From Bacteroidia bacterium (lineage in GTDB: Bacteria > Bacteroidota > Bacteroidia > UKL13-3), in the NCBI GenBank assembly GCA_014376805.1, contig JACMQU010000178.1:69181-133180 (forward strand): a stretch of DNA of 64,000 bases, written 5' to 3'. Below are positions 9,603 to 19,812 of the stretch, in pieces. The notes beneath the pieces were generated by a model. That model saw only the letters and a list, made by a program, of their open reading frames with translations. It was not told where the DNA came from and made no database searches. The position numbers and the translations under genes are program-made. Each line of letters starts with the position of its first letter. Within the stretch, counting starts at the first letter, position 1.

Positions 9603-10946
9603 ATGCAACCCGAAACCCTCACCGCTATTAGTCCTGTAGATGGCAGATACCGAAAACAAACAGAACCACTGGCAAATTATTTTAGTGAATTTGCTTTGAT
9701 AAAATACAGGGTATGGGTTGAAATTGAATATTTTATTGCACTTACTCAAATTCCTTTACCGCAATTAAAAGACAAAGTAAATGCTGAACAAATCAGGCAA
9801 CTTCGGGAAATCTATCTTAACTTTTCTTTGGATCAGGCCACTTCTATTAAGCATATTGAAAAAACTACCAACCATGATGTTAAAGCGGTTGAGTATTTTT
9901 TAAAAGATGAGTTCATTAGGTTAAAATTAAGCGAAGCAGCAGAGTTTGTTCATTTTGGTTTAACATCTCAGGATATAAATAATACTGCTATACCGATGAG
10001 TTTGAAACATGCGGTTGAAAATGTGGTGTTACCATTATTGCAGCAATTAATTGATATACTTACACGTCAGTCTAATGATTGGGAAAGTATTTCGATGTTG
10101 GCCAGAACGCATGGTCAACCGGCTTCACCAACAAGATTGGGAAAGGAGTGGCAGGTTTTTGTTTCCAGAATTCTGGTACAGCTAAAACAAGTAAAGCAAC
10201 TTACTTATCCGGCTAAATTTGGCGGGGCTACGGGTAATTTTAATGCACATCATGTGGCCTATCCGCAAATTGACTGGCTTTATTTTGGGAATAATTTTTG
10301 TTCGTCGCTGGGGCTTGATCGCTCTTATCCAACAACACAAATTGAACATTATGATAACCTCGCTGCACTTTTTGATGCTTTTAAGCGAATCAATACTATC
10401 CTTATCGATTTGAGCCGAGATGTTTGGCAATATGTGGCTATGGATTATTTTAAGCAAACATTAAAAGAAGGAGAAGTAGGTTCAAGCGCGATGCCTCACA
10501 AGGTTAATCCTATAGATTTCGAAAATGCAGAGGGTAATCTGGGAATTGCTAATGCATTTTTTGAACACTTATCAGCAAAACTGCCGATTTCCCGGTTACA
10601 GCGTGATTTAACAGATAGCACCGTGTTAAGAAATATTGGAGTTCCTTTTGCACATCAGCTCATCGCTTTTAATTCTATCATTAAAGGGTTAAATAAATTA
10701 TTGTTGAACCCTTCAAAATTAGAATCAGATCTGGAAGCAAACTGGGCAGTTGTGGCAGAAGCAATTCAAACAGTTTTGAGAAGAGAAGGATTTGAAAAAC
10801 CTTATGAGGCACTGAAATCGTTAACAAGAACAAATGAACAAATTACCCGGGATGTTATTCATAAATTTATAGCTAACTTGCCGGTTGATGAAAAAGTTAA
10901 AGGCGAACTATATAAAATATCACCCCATAATTATACCGGAATCTGA
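9603..10946 (+). CDS. purB: adenylosuccinate lyase
   Basis: 447 aa. SPVDGRYR start, GSSAMPHKVNPIDFEN fumarate-lyase signature, ADSL C-terminal domain. Confidence 0.9.
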   Translation: MQPETLTAISPVDGRYRKQTEPLANYFSEFALIKYRVWVEIEYFIALTQIPLPQLKDKVNAEQIRQLREIYLNFSLDQATSIKHIEKTTNHDVKAVEYFLKDEFIRLKLSEAAEFVHFGLTSQDINNTAIPMSLKHAVENVVLPLLQQLIDILTRQSNDWESISMLARTHGQPASPTRLGKEWQVFVSRILVQLKQVKQLTYPAKFGGATGNFNAHHVAYPQIDWLYFGNNFCSSLGLDRSYPTTQIEHYDNLAALFDAFKRINTILIDLSRDVWQYVAMDYFKQTLKEGEVGSSAMPHKVNPIDFENAEGNLGIANAFFEHLSAKLPISRLQRDLTDSTVLRNIGVPFAHQLIAFNSIIKGLNKLLLNPSKLESDLEANWAVVAEAIQTVLRREGFEKPYEALKSLTRTNEQITRDVIHKFIANLPVDEKVKGELYKISPHNYTGI

Positions 10947-11497
10947 TGAAAAAAATATTTATTATTCTGTTAATAGCTAACCTTTTTACAATGGCCTGTG
11001 AAGAGCCTGTACCACATATATTATTTGATGAAAAGGATTCTGTAGTAAAAGTTGAACCTAAATTCAGTTCGGATACTTACGATGGGGCTATACCGGGTTT
11101 GGATGCCCAGGTTATCGACTATACGCTTGAAAATGAGTATCAGCACAAACCGCAGTTGTTAAGAGATAGCACCTGGTCTATGAGTTGGGATAATGCCGGT
11201 TTTCCAAATGCGAAAAAATTTGTAATTTTCTTTAAAAGTTTTCAATGGGATGTTATGGACAGGAATAGGGAAAAAATTGCGGGAATGATCAAGTTTCCGT
11301 TAAGAGATTATCCTAAAAAGCAAGATTTTATTCGCAGATTTGATTCAATTTTCGGTCCCGATTTTGTTCAGGAAATTTTAGATCAGGATCCAAAAGGGAT
11401 TTTTAGAAGCAAAAGTGGCGCAATGATTGGTGATGATGGACAAATTTGGTTCAAACAGATTAATGGAAATTATAAAATTATTGAAATTAACCCTTAA
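10946..11497 (+). CDS. hypothetical lipoprotein
   Basis: Start overlaps the purB stop (TGATG). Signal peptide ends in a candidate lipobox Cys (LFTMAC). No recognised domain. Confidence 0.5.
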   Translation: MKKIFIILLIANLFTMACEEPVPHILFDEKDSVVKVEPKFSSDTYDGAIPGLDAQVIDYTLENEYQHKPQLLRDSTWSMSWDNAGFPNAKKFVIFFKSFQWDVMDRNREKIAGMIKFPLRDYPKKQDFIRRFDSIFGPDFVQEILDQDPKGIFRSKSGAMIGDDGQIWFKQINGNYKIIEINP

Positions 11498-11500
11498 CTA

Positions 11501-11962
11501 ATGACTGATTTTATAAAATTTCCATCTGATACCCTTGAAGATTATTTAATAATGCTTGATGTGAAAACACCTGCAAGTTGGGGCTCTATGACAGCACAAC
11601 ATATGATAGAACATTTAATGCTGCTAATGGAACTATCCCGCGGAGAGTTTTCGGTTTCGCTTGTTACGCCTCCCGAAAAAGTGGAGAAAGTAAAAAGGAT
11701 TATTTTAGTTAGCGACGCCCCTTTTAAAAAAGATTTCGTGGCTCCATTTCTTCCTGCGGGACTTCAACCACTAAATTATTTTTCTCTAAAAGAAGCTAAA
11801 GACAAACTTTTAAAAGAAGTGGATGTATATCTTACTTATTGGCAAAATAATCCTGAATCTACTTTTGTACATCCAATTTTTGGAGAATTATCTGTTGCTG
11901 AATGGCATTTGTTCCATAGTAAACACTTTACTCACCACTTTACCCAGTTCAATTTATTATAA
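11501..11962 (+). CDS. DUF1569 (DinB_2-like) family protein
   Basis: 153 aa. His-rich helical bundle signature (HMIEHLMLLMEL ... WHLFHSKHFTHHFTQF). Lies 3 nt after the preceding gene. Confidence 0.55.
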   Translation: MTDFIKFPSDTLEDYLIMLDVKTPASWGSMTAQHMIEHLMLLMELSRGEFSVSLVTPPEKVEKVKRIILVSDAPFKKDFVAPFLPAGLQPLNYFSLKEAKDKLLKEVDVYLTYWQNNPESTFVHPIFGELSVAEWHLFHSKHFTHHFTQFNLL

Positions 11963-12063
11963 ATTTTGGAATAAAATACCTGATACACTTTGGTTTTTGG
12001 GAAAAAAACATCAAATTTGCAGCCCCGGAAATGGAGAACCGGGTTTAAAAACAAAATTATAGT

Positions 12064-12633
12064 ATGTCAGTAAAAATCAGATTACAACGTCATGGACGTT
12101 CAAAATCACCTTTTTACCACGTAGTGGTGGCGGATTCGCGTGCTCCGAGAGATGGTAAGTTTATCGAAAAAATTGGTTCGTACCTTCCTCAGACGCAGCC
12201 CGCAACAATTGAATTGGATGTGGACAGAGCAACTTATTGGTTGCAAAACGGTGCTCAACCCACCGATACCTGTCGTGCCATCCTTTCATACAAAGGTGCA
12301 TTATTAAAAACACATCTTGCCGTAGGTGTTAAAAAGGGAGCATTAACCCAGGAACAGGCAGATGAAAAATTTACCGGTTGGGTAAATGAAAAGGTTAACA
12401 AAGTGGAAGCGCATGTTGGTAGAGTTCAACAAACAGCAACGCAAAAACTTACAGATAAGCTTGCTGAAGAAAGTAAAGTTAATACTGCCCGCTTAGAAAA
12501 AATTTCTGCCAAAGCTGCTGCAGCTGAAGCTCTTGCCAATCCGGTTGCAGTAGAAACCGCAGCACCTGAAGCAGAAGCGGAAACGCCTGCTGCAGAAGTA
12601 GTTTCGGAAACTACCGAAAAACCTACAGAGTAA
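12064..12633 (+). CDS. rpsP: 30S ribosomal protein S16 with long Ala/Glu/Pro-rich C-terminal extension
   Basis: [38 protein letters not shown] is canonical S16. The protein is 189 aa versus roughly 80-90 aa for typical S16. Confidence 0.9.
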   Translation: MSVKIRLQRHGRSKSPFYHVVVADSRAPRDGKFIEKIGSYLPQTQPATIELDVDRATYWLQNGAQPTDTCRAILSYKGALLKTHLAVGVKKGALTQEQADEKFTGWVNEKVNKVEAHVGRVQQTATQKLTDKLAEESKVNTARLEKISAKAAAAEALANPVAVETAAPEAEAETPAAEVVSETTEKPTE

Positions 12634-12637
12634 TACA

Positions 12638-13153
12638 TTGGCCATGAAAACAATAAGCAGAAATGATTTTGTTGAAATTGGCTCTGTTGTTAAAATTCAT
12701 GGAACTAAGGGCGAGTTAAAAGTTGTTTTAACGCGCAAAATAAATTTTAAAGAATGGGCTTTTCTTCAGATAAGAGGAAAGCCCGTTCCTTTTTATATTC
12801 AGCAATGTAAACACAACTATGAAGAGGAAGCCTTTTTGAAATTAGAGGGGATTGATCAAATGGATATTGCTTCAATATTAGTTGGTTATGCACTCCTTGC
12901 TCCCTCAGCAGGGCTAAAAAAACCAGAGCAAAAATTAGATGATTCGTTCTTAAATTATAAAATTATAGATTCAAAACAGGGTGAATTGGGCATAGTGGAA
13001 GCCTTACTTGAAATGCCAATGCAACTGCTTATTAAAACCACTTATCGGAAACAGGAATTATTAATACCCGCCATAAATCCTATCTTAATGGAAATTGACG
13101 ATGAACATAAAATAATTTACGTTGAAATGCCGGATGGCTTACTCGAAATCTGA
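12638..13153 (+). CDS. rimM: 16S rRNA processing protein RimM
   Basis: IGSVVKIHGTKGELKV matches the RimM N-terminal motif. Directly downstream of rpsP, as in the conserved rpsP-rimM-trmD arrangement. Confidence 0.85.
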   Translation: MAMKTISRNDFVEIGSVVKIHGTKGELKVVLTRKINFKEWAFLQIRGKPVPFYIQQCKHNYEEEAFLKLEGIDQMDIASILVGYALLAPSAGLKKPEQKLDDSFLNYKIIDSKQGELGIVEALLEMPMQLLIKTTYRKQELLIPAINPILMEIDDEHKIIYVEMPDGLLEI

Positions 13154-13166
13154 TAATAACCGTACT

Positions 13167-14408
13167 TTAATGGTTAAACACAAGAGCCTTTAATTGTTTT
13201 GCCTTCATTTGTGTTATAGCCACAATTCCTAACGTCATTATACCCCCAAAAACAACTGAGTTTACAGTGCCCATTAACCTGGCAGCTAAACCACTCTCAA
13301 AAGCACCTATTTCGTTTGAAGAGCCTATAAAAATTGTGTTAACAGCCGATACCCGACCGCGCATTTCATCGGGGGTATGAATTTGTAAAATATTAGATCT
13401 TATAATTACACTTATACTGTCAAAAGCACCACTTAAAAACAACAGAAAAAGTGATAGATAGAAATTTTCTGATAAGCCAAATAAAATCATGCATACACCA
13501 AATGCAGCTACGGCTTTTATCAAGATGCTTCCTGCATTTTTAATGGTTTTATTAAATGATAAAATTATCATAGTTATAACAGCCCCCATTGAAGGTGCTG
13601 CTCTTAAAAGGCCTAAACCTTCAGGTCCGGTTTTTAGTATCTCATCGGCAAAAACCGGAAGTAAAGCTGTTGCTCCTCCAAATAAAACCGAGAACAAATC
13701 TAAAGAAAGTGCGGATAAAATTACTTTGTTGTGGTAAACAAATGCAACTCCTTCTTTTAAACGGGGGATGATTTTTTCCCTTAAATCAGTTTTTGGTTCA
13801 AACTGTATATTTATTTTAAATAGGCTTAGTAATGCTAAAATAGAAAACAATACAATAGCTATAAACGTTTTTTCGATTCCCAAAAATGCATACGATAACC
13901 CACCTAATGCCGGTCCGGCTACAGCAGCAAATTGCCAGGCTGTGCTGTTAAGTGTACTAGCATAAGTTAATATTTCGCGGGGTACCAATTGCGATAAGAT
14001 AGAGAACGATGAAGGTGCATAGAATCCTCTGGCAAATCCACTTAAAAAAATAAACCCATAAATGAACCACACTGTTTGGGTATCAGCCATTGATGACTGA
14101 CTATAGTTACTGGTAAAAAAAGCCAGCCCCATACTGCATAAAATCATTGCCATTAGAGCAATAATTAAGATAGTTTTTTTGTTTTTTATGTCTGCTATAT
14201 GGCCGGCATATAAAGCTATTGAAATTGCAGGTATAGCCTCCGCAAGTCCTATCAATCCTAATGAAAAAGGATCTTTAGTAAGTTTATAAATTTCCCAACC
14301 AACAATTACCGCCTGCATTTGTAACGCAAATGTTAAAAATATTCGGGTAGTTAAAAAGTAACGGAATGCAGGTATTTGTAAAGTTTTAAAGGATAAGTTC
14401 TGTTTCAT
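13167..14408 (-). CDS. MFS transporter
   Basis: 413 aa with about 12 predicted TM segments. Start overlaps the stop of the upstream permease by 1 nt. Confidence 0.7.
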   Translation of the reverse strand: MKQNLSFKTLQIPAFRYFLTTRIFLTFALQMQAVIVGWEIYKLTKDPFSLGLIGLAEAIPAISIALYAGHIADIKNKKTILIIALMAMILCSMGLAFFTSNYSQSSMADTQTVWFIYGFIFLSGFARGFYAPSSFSILSQLVPREILTYASTLNSTAWQFAAVAGPALGGLSYAFLGIEKTFIAIVLFSILALLSLFKINIQFEPKTDLREKIIPRLKEGVAFVYHNKVILSALSLDLFSVLFGGATALLPVFADEILKTGPEGLGLLRAAPSMGAVITMIILSFNKTIKNAGSILIKAVAAFGVCMILFGLSENFYLSLFLLFLSGAFDSISVIIRSNILQIHTPDEMRGRVSAVNTIFIGSSNEIGAFESGLAARLMGTVNSVVFGGIMTLGIVAITQMKAKQLKALVFNH

Positions 14409-15721
14409 TAATTTTTACTGATAAACCATTTCCAGATCTCCTTATAAGTTGGTTTTTTACCATAAGTTAAAATGCCTATTCGGTATATGCGGCCTGCAAG
14501 CCAAACGGTAAAAATAAAGCCCAGGGCCATACATATCATTGATGCTATAATTTGCCAGGTTGGTATCCCAAAAGGTAATCGCACCATCATAACAACAGGT
14601 GAGCTAAAAGGGATCATAGATAGCCAAACAGATAATGAACCGTTTGGGGAGTTAACAACAACTGACTGTGCCAATGCAATTGAAAAAATTAAAGGCATGG
14701 TAATTGGCATCATAAATTGCTGCGTATCAGTTTCGTTATCTACAGCTGATCCAACTGCTGCAAATAAAGCCCCGTAAAATAAATACCCACTTATAAAGTA
14801 AAAAATAAACATGCCTATAAGAAGTCCAAAATTAAAGTTACCAAGATCGCTTAAAAAGTTTTCTACACCTGCATTCTTTGCCTGATTTAAAGTATCATTT
14901 CCTTTTGTTAATGCTTCTGTTCCAACATCCATAAAATTCATAACCAAAGCAGAAACAGGTATGCTTAATAATGCCACTAAAACTATCCATAAAATAAACT
15001 GGGTAAGGCCAACAAAAGCAATTCCTATAATTTTTCCCATCATTAATTGAAAGGGTTTAACCGAAGAAATAATTACTTCCACTATTCTATTTGTTTTTTC
15101 TTCAATAACTCCTTTCATTACCTGAACACCATATAAAAATATAAAAAAGTAAATTAGAATGGCTCCGGCAAATCCAATTAAAGTGGTTACCCCTGAGTTT
15201 CCATTTTCAGATCCATTGTCTGTTAGTTTTACCGTATTGATTTCTACGGAAGTCTGATTTATTTCATGTAATATCTTCTTATCAATTCCATTTTCGCTCA
15301 GCTTTTTATTTTTTAGCAATATTTCTAGCTGGTTTTCAATATTTGTTATTGTATTTAAACTTGGTTGTTCGTTAACTAGTAATCGTATTTTTGAACTTTC
15401 TTTGGAGAGTGAATCAGGCACCATTAAAACACCATATACCGACCCGTTTTTAAGTATATTTTTTATTTCGCTTTCAGTAACATTACGATAAGAAAATGTT
15501 ATAGATTTATTGCTTTTAAGGTTGTTTAAGAAAACACCCGATTCATCACTTACAACGATATGCTTGTTATCATCGGCAATTTCTTTGTTTATTGAAAAAT
15601 AAATTATAATACCATAAAAAAGAGCAATTAAAACAGGAGACAAAAAAGTCATTATAATAAATGACTTTTTTCTTACCCTTGTAAGATATTCTCTTTTGCT
15701 AATGAGCCAGATTTTATGCAT
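14408..15721 (-). CDS. ABC-2 family transporter permease (NatB-like)
   Basis: 437 aa. One N-terminal TM, a large extracytoplasmic loop, and a C-terminal cluster of five TMs. Overlaps the upstream ATPase gene by 8 nt. Confidence 0.7.
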   Translation of the reverse strand: MHKIWLISKREYLTRVRKKSFIIMTFLSPVLIALFYGIIIYFSINKEIADDNKHIVVSDESGVFLNNLKSNKSITFSYRNVTESEIKNILKNGSVYGVLMVPDSLSKESSKIRLLVNEQPSLNTITNIENQLEILLKNKKLSENGIDKKILHEINQTSVEINTVKLTDNGSENGNSGVTTLIGFAGAILIYFFIFLYGVQVMKGVIEEKTNRIVEVIISSVKPFQLMMGKIIGIAFVGLTQFILWIVLVALLSIPVSALVMNFMDVGTEALTKGNDTLNQAKNAGVENFLSDLGNFNFGLLIGMFIFYFISGYLFYGALFAAVGSAVDNETDTQQFMMPITMPLIFSIALAQSVVVNSPNGSLSVWLSMIPFSSPVVMMVRLPFGIPTWQIIASMICMALGFIFTVWLAGRIYRIGILTYGKKPTYKEIWKWFISKN

Positions 15722-16637
15722 TTTTAAAATTGTTTTTTTGTTGAACCGCCATAATAAATATTTCCTCCATTGAGGGAAGTTTTTCTCTAAATCCTTTTAT
15801 GTCTATTGGGTTATTTAATATGTGCTGAACCAACCGGTTTGTAGATATCAGATTTTGGAGACTTAAAACGGTAGTGTGCTGCCCGTTTTTTTCTTTCGTA
15901 TAATTTACCTCAATTAATTCATCAGAAACAAGAGCGCTACCCGTATAAATAATTTCAAACTGGTTACTTTTATATTGTTGTTTAATATCATTTACGGGGC
16001 CGTCCAATATTTTTTCTGCTTTGTTAATTAGTGCAATATGGTCGCACAATAATTCTACAGAATCCATTCTGTGCGTAGAGAATACTATAGTGGCACCTTT
16101 GTCTTTCAGCAAAAGAATTTCATCAACAAGAATTTGTGAATTAATAGGATCAAAACCAGAGAAAGGTTCATCAAGAATAATTAATTTAGGTTCATGTAAT
16201 ACTGTGGCAATAAACTGTATCTTTTGTTGCATACCCTTTGATAATTCTTCCACTTTTTTCCCAAGCCAATCTTTAATCTCAAACTTATCTATCCAGTATT
16301 TTAAGCGCAACTTTGCCTCTTTATTTGAAAGCCCTTTTAGTTCAGCAAAATATAACAATTGCTCACCTACCAACATTTTTTTATATAAACCTCTTTCTTC
16401 GGGTAAATAACCCATTTCAAAAATATGTTTGGATTGTAAGGTTTCCTGGTTAAATAAAATTGTTCCACTATCAGCCTGCGTAATTTGTGTAAAAATGCGA
16501 ATCAAACTAGTTTTACCTGCTCCGTTTGGACCTAATAAACCATAAATACTTCCTCTCTTAATTGAAATATCAATATGTTTCAATGCTACATGATCCTGAT
16601 ATTTTTTGTTAATTGATTTTGCTTCAATAATCATCAT
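15714..16637 (-). CDS. ABC transporter ATP-binding protein
   Basis: Walker A GPNGAGKTS, ABC signature LSKGMQQK, Walker B LIILDEP. Confidence 0.85.
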   Translation of the reverse strand: MMIIEAKSINKKYQDHVALKHIDISIKRGSIYGLLGPNGAGKTSLIRIFTQITQADSGTILFNQETLQSKHIFEMGYLPEERGLYKKMLVGEQLLYFAELKGLSNKEAKLRLKYWIDKFEIKDWLGKKVEELSKGMQQKIQFIATVLHEPKLIILDEPFSGFDPINSQILVDEILLLKDKGATIVFSTHRMDSVELLCDHIALINKAEKILDGPVNDIKQQYKSNQFEIIYTGSALVSDELIEVNYTKEKNGQHTTVLSLQNLISTNRLVQHILNNPIDIKGFREKLPSMEEIFIMAVQQKNNFKNA

Positions 16638-16824
16638 GTTGCAATTAAATACACTTTATGCATTCATTCTATTCTTTTTAATAATTTAACTGAAAAACAA
16701 AATGATAATAAATAAATTTAAACGTTTTAAATACTATTTAAACAGGTTTTGGAGCTGTTCATATAATCGGGTCGATAATTTTAATGTTATTTTAATTTAG
16801 GGTATTAAAATCAGCGCATTTTAA

Positions 16825-16864
16825 TAAGTGACAATGATTTACCACTTATTTAAGTAATTTGTCA
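16825..16864. promoter_or_regulatory. cluster of nested inverted repeats in the leader of the paralog pair
   Basis: Three nested dyads: TAAGTG(16825-30)/CACTTA(16844-49), ACTTA(16845-49)/TAAGT(16852-56), and TGACAA(16829-34)/TTGTCA(16859-64). They lie about 60-95 bp upstream of the ATG at 16922, inside a 284 bp AT-rich non-coding stretch. Confidence 0.25.
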
Positions 16865-16921
16865 TAAATTTAGTTAGTTTTAAAACGCTTAATTCTTTTA
16901 TTTTGTAACATATTAGATTAA

Positions 16922-17719
16922 ATGAGAATAACCAAAATTTCTATCTTCACGTTACTATTTTCAATTTTGATATTTGAACAGGCAAAAGGGGCTGATCCAT
17001 TATCAGAAAAATTCAACATTTTGAAGTCGGGTACATTTAATAAATATAAGAAAAGCTCTGGTGGCTGGCGGTTTGGAGCTGGTGCAGGGTATGCTTTGTA
17101 TGTTGGTAACCAAATGGATTATACTTTAACTTTAGGGTATGGAGAATTTAATGAATTACGAACCAATTATACTTTAGGAGCTTTTAAAGCATTCAGTAAC
17201 CATAATGAATGGGGTATTGTTGTTAAAAATGGATACTTTGGAACCTTAAAATCGCTAAACACGCAAGGGCTTGAATGTTATTTTAATGAAATACAGATCA
17301 TGTATCAAAGAAGTTTAAACAATAATGTAGGTTTAACTTCTGGTTTCTTAACATGTAATCTGCAATGTGGCTTAGGTGCGATGCAATATAAATCCAGGTA
17401 TTTTTTAGTTAATACCCAAACAAAATCTATTGAAAGAGTTTTATCGAGTTTAGGTTACGGTAGCACTACTGGTGCAAAAGATATACCTGGGGAAAAAATT
17501 GCCCTTTTAGGGAATTTAGGTATCAATCTCGGGTTTAAGCTTTCTCCTAACATCTCAATCTATTACGAAAATAGTTTGCAGGTTGCACTTACAAATCAAC
17601 TCTCAGGAAACTTATTTAAAAAATCGCTTATTCCTCCGGATGCCTATTATTATATGGGTTTAAGTGTTTATTTGAGGTTTGGTGGATATGCAAATCGTAT
17701 TGGATGTCCAAAATTTTGA
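16922..17719 (+). CDS. secreted/outer-membrane hypothetical protein, paralog A of a tandem pair
   Basis: 265 aa with signal peptide. Conserved blocks shared with the downstream gene (NQMDY, GNLGINLGF, LSGNLFKKSLIPPD). Gly/aromatic-rich alternating pattern consistent with a beta-barrel. No known family recognised. Confidence 0.5.
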   Translation: MRITKISIFTLLFSILIFEQAKGADPLSEKFNILKSGTFNKYKKSSGGWRFGAGAGYALYVGNQMDYTLTLGYGEFNELRTNYTLGAFKAFSNHNEWGIVVKNGYFGTLKSLNTQGLECYFNEIQIMYQRSLNNNVGLTSGFLTCNLQCGLGAMQYKSRYFLVNTQTKSIERVLSSLGYGSTTGAKDIPGEKIALLGNLGINLGFKLSPNISIYYENSLQVALTNQLSGNLFKKSLIPPDAYYYMGLSVYLRFGGYANRIGCPKF

Positions 17720-17762
17720 GAAATGAACTATATAGACTGCTAAATTTAAAACTAGTTAATTT

Positions 17763-18620
17763 ATGAATTTAACTTTGGAGCAAATCTTGTCATTAAGTAG
17801 TAAAAATAAAATACCATTGTTTTTACTTATCCGAAACTCTTTTTTTAGTTCATTGCTGATTATGCTGTTTTTTTTAAATAGTTTAATGGCATCTCCTCCC
17901 GTTTTAAACTCTAAAATAAAACTCCCCTTTGCAATTGAAAACTGGCGTTTTGGTATTGGTTATGGAAATGCATTTTATATTACTAACCAAATGGATTACA
18001 TAATTACAACCAATTATGGCAGTTTTAAAGAAGTAAGGCCAAGTTTTTTCTATGGTGTTTATGCTGCTATCAGCCAACGTTTAGAGATTGGAATTAGCGG
18101 AAAACATGGAAGTATGTTAACCCTTAAATCCCAAAATAGCCAAGGTTCACAATGCAATTTTGATGATCTGCAATTCAATGTTCAATATAGCCTTAATCGA
18201 AACGCTGGTTTAAAAAAGGGTAGAACCACAGCAAATGTTCAACTTGGTATTGGTGCCATTTATTTTAAATCTATGTATTTTACAGTTGATCCGATAACAA
18301 AAGGCATAAGAGACATTTTTTCTACCGTTGGTTATAAAAATGCTGCAGTTGGAGATAGACCAATTTCATTTGGCTTTATTGATATACCAGATAAGAAGGC
18401 GGCAATTGTAGGAAATATTGGAATTAATTTAGGCTTTCGTGTAACACAAAATGTGAGTTTATACTGGGAGAACTCGTTAAATGTAACATCATCAAATAAG
18501 CTTTCAGGAAACTTATTTAAAAGTTCATTTATTCCACCTGATTCATACTTTTTTTCAGGTTTGGGTGTTTACGTAAATATAGGTTCAGGAAGTAGCAGAC
18601 CTTTAAATTGCCCTAGATAA
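17763..18620 (+). CDS. secreted/outer-membrane hypothetical protein, paralog B of a tandem pair
   Basis: 285 aa. Shares the same motif set as paralog A (NQMDY, GNIGINLGF, LSGNLFKSSFIPPD). Longer N-terminal hydrophobic leader. Confidence 0.5.
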   Translation: MNLTLEQILSLSSKNKIPLFLLIRNSFFSSLLIMLFFLNSLMASPPVLNSKIKLPFAIENWRFGIGYGNAFYITNQMDYIITTNYGSFKEVRPSFFYGVYAAISQRLEIGISGKHGSMLTLKSQNSQGSQCNFDDLQFNVQYSLNRNAGLKKGRTTANVQLGIGAIYFKSMYFTVDPITKGIRDIFSTVGYKNAAVGDRPISFGFIDIPDKKAAIVGNIGINLGFRVTQNVSLYWENSLNVTSSNKLSGNLFKSSFIPPDSYFFSGLGVYVNIGSGSSRPLNCPR

Positions 18621-18624
18621 TTTA

Positions 18625-19812
18625 TTAGTTAAAGAACTCTTTCATTCTGTCAAAAAAACCTTGGTCATTTTTATCAGGTTTAGGGGTAAAATTTTCAGAA
18701 GTTCTCCATTTTTCCAAAATTGCTTTTTCTTCTGAGGTGATTTTCTTCGGAGTCCAAACATTAATCTGAACCAATTGATCACCATGATAACCGGTATTAA
18801 TTTCGGGCAATCCTTTGCCTCTTAAGCGGAGTATTTTGCCTGGTTGTGTACCTGGTTCTATCTTCACTTTTACTTTACCATTCACCGTTGGCACTTCAAC
18901 CTGTGTGCCCAATGCAGCATCGGCGAAATTCAAAAACAGATCATAGATAATATTATTTCCGTCTCTTTTTAATACGGGGTCTTCTATTTCTTCAATAAGA
19001 ATAATTAAATCTCCGGGTATTCCGCCTCTTTCAGGTGCATTTCCCTTGCCGCTCATAGACAGTTGCATTCCATCTGCAACACCTGCCGGAATATTAACGG
19101 TAATAACTTCTTCTCCTTCATTACGTCCGGTTCCCTTGCAGTTATTGCAATTTGAGGTAACCACTGTGCCCTCACCATTACAACTTGTGCAGGTTGCCGT
19201 TGTAGCCATTTGGCCTAAAAAGGTTTGAGTTACTTTTCTAACTTGACCTGAACCACCGCAAATGCCACAGGTTTTAAAAGAAGACCTATCCTTTGCACCA
19301 GATCCACCGCAGGTATTACAGGCAATTTGTTTAGTAACTTTTAATTTTTTTTCAACCCCGGCAGAAATTTCCTGTAAGCTTAATTTAACTTTTACCCTTA
19401 AATTTGAACCCACCTTTTGTCTTCTACCACCTCTTGATCTTTGGCCGCTGTTGCCACCAAAAAAAGACTCAAATGGATTACCTTCACCAAAAACATCTCC
19501 AAACTGGCTGAAAATATCATCCATATTCATTCCATTACTGTGTCCTCCTCCGTTAGCCCCCATTGCTTGGTGTCCGAATCTGTCGTAACGTACTTTCTTC
19601 TCCTCATTACTTAAAATCTCATAAGCTTCAGCAGCCTCTTTAAATTTATCTTCTGCTTCTTTGTTACCCGGATTTTTATCAGGATGGAATTTGATGGCCA
19701 TTTGTCTGTAAGCCTTCTTTATTTCGTCAGAAGCAGCGTTTCTGCCTAAACCTAAAATTTCATAATAATCTCTTTTCGCCATTTTAATTTTAGTTACCTG
19801 TTTAAGCCCCAA
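18625..19812 (-). CDS. dnaJ: molecular chaperone DnaJ
   Basis: J-domain (DYYEILGL ... HPDKN), G/F-rich linker, four CxxCxGxG zinc-finger repeats, C-terminal domain. Confidence 0.9.
   Translation of the reverse strand: MGLKQVTKIKMAKRDYYEILGLGRNAASDEIKKAYRQMAIKFHPDKNPGNKEAEDKFKEAAEAYEILSNEEKKVRYDRFGHQAMGANGGGHSNGMNMDDIFSQFGDVFGEGNPFESFFGGNSGQRSRGGRRQKVGSNLRVKVKLSLQEISAGVEKKLKVTKQIACNTCGGSGAKDRSSFKTCGICGGSGQVRKVTQTFLGQMATTATCTSCNGEGTVVTSNCNNCKGTGRNEGEEVITVNIPAGVADGMQLSMSGKGNAPERGGIPGDLIILIEEIEDPVLKRDGNNIIYDLFLNFADAALGTQVEVPTVNGKVKVKIEPGTQPGKILRLRGKGLPEINTGYHGDQLVQINVWTPKKITSEEKAILEKWRTSENFTPKPDKNDQGFFDRMKEFFN

Noticed and set aside
11823-12062. 79-aa plus-strand ORF spanning the end of the DUF1569 gene and the rpsP leader
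   Set aside because: It overlaps a supported gene in another frame and runs through the rpsP upstream region. More likely non-coding promoter/leader. A small CCCGG-N10-CCGGG hairpin is present, but it is not followed by a T-tract.
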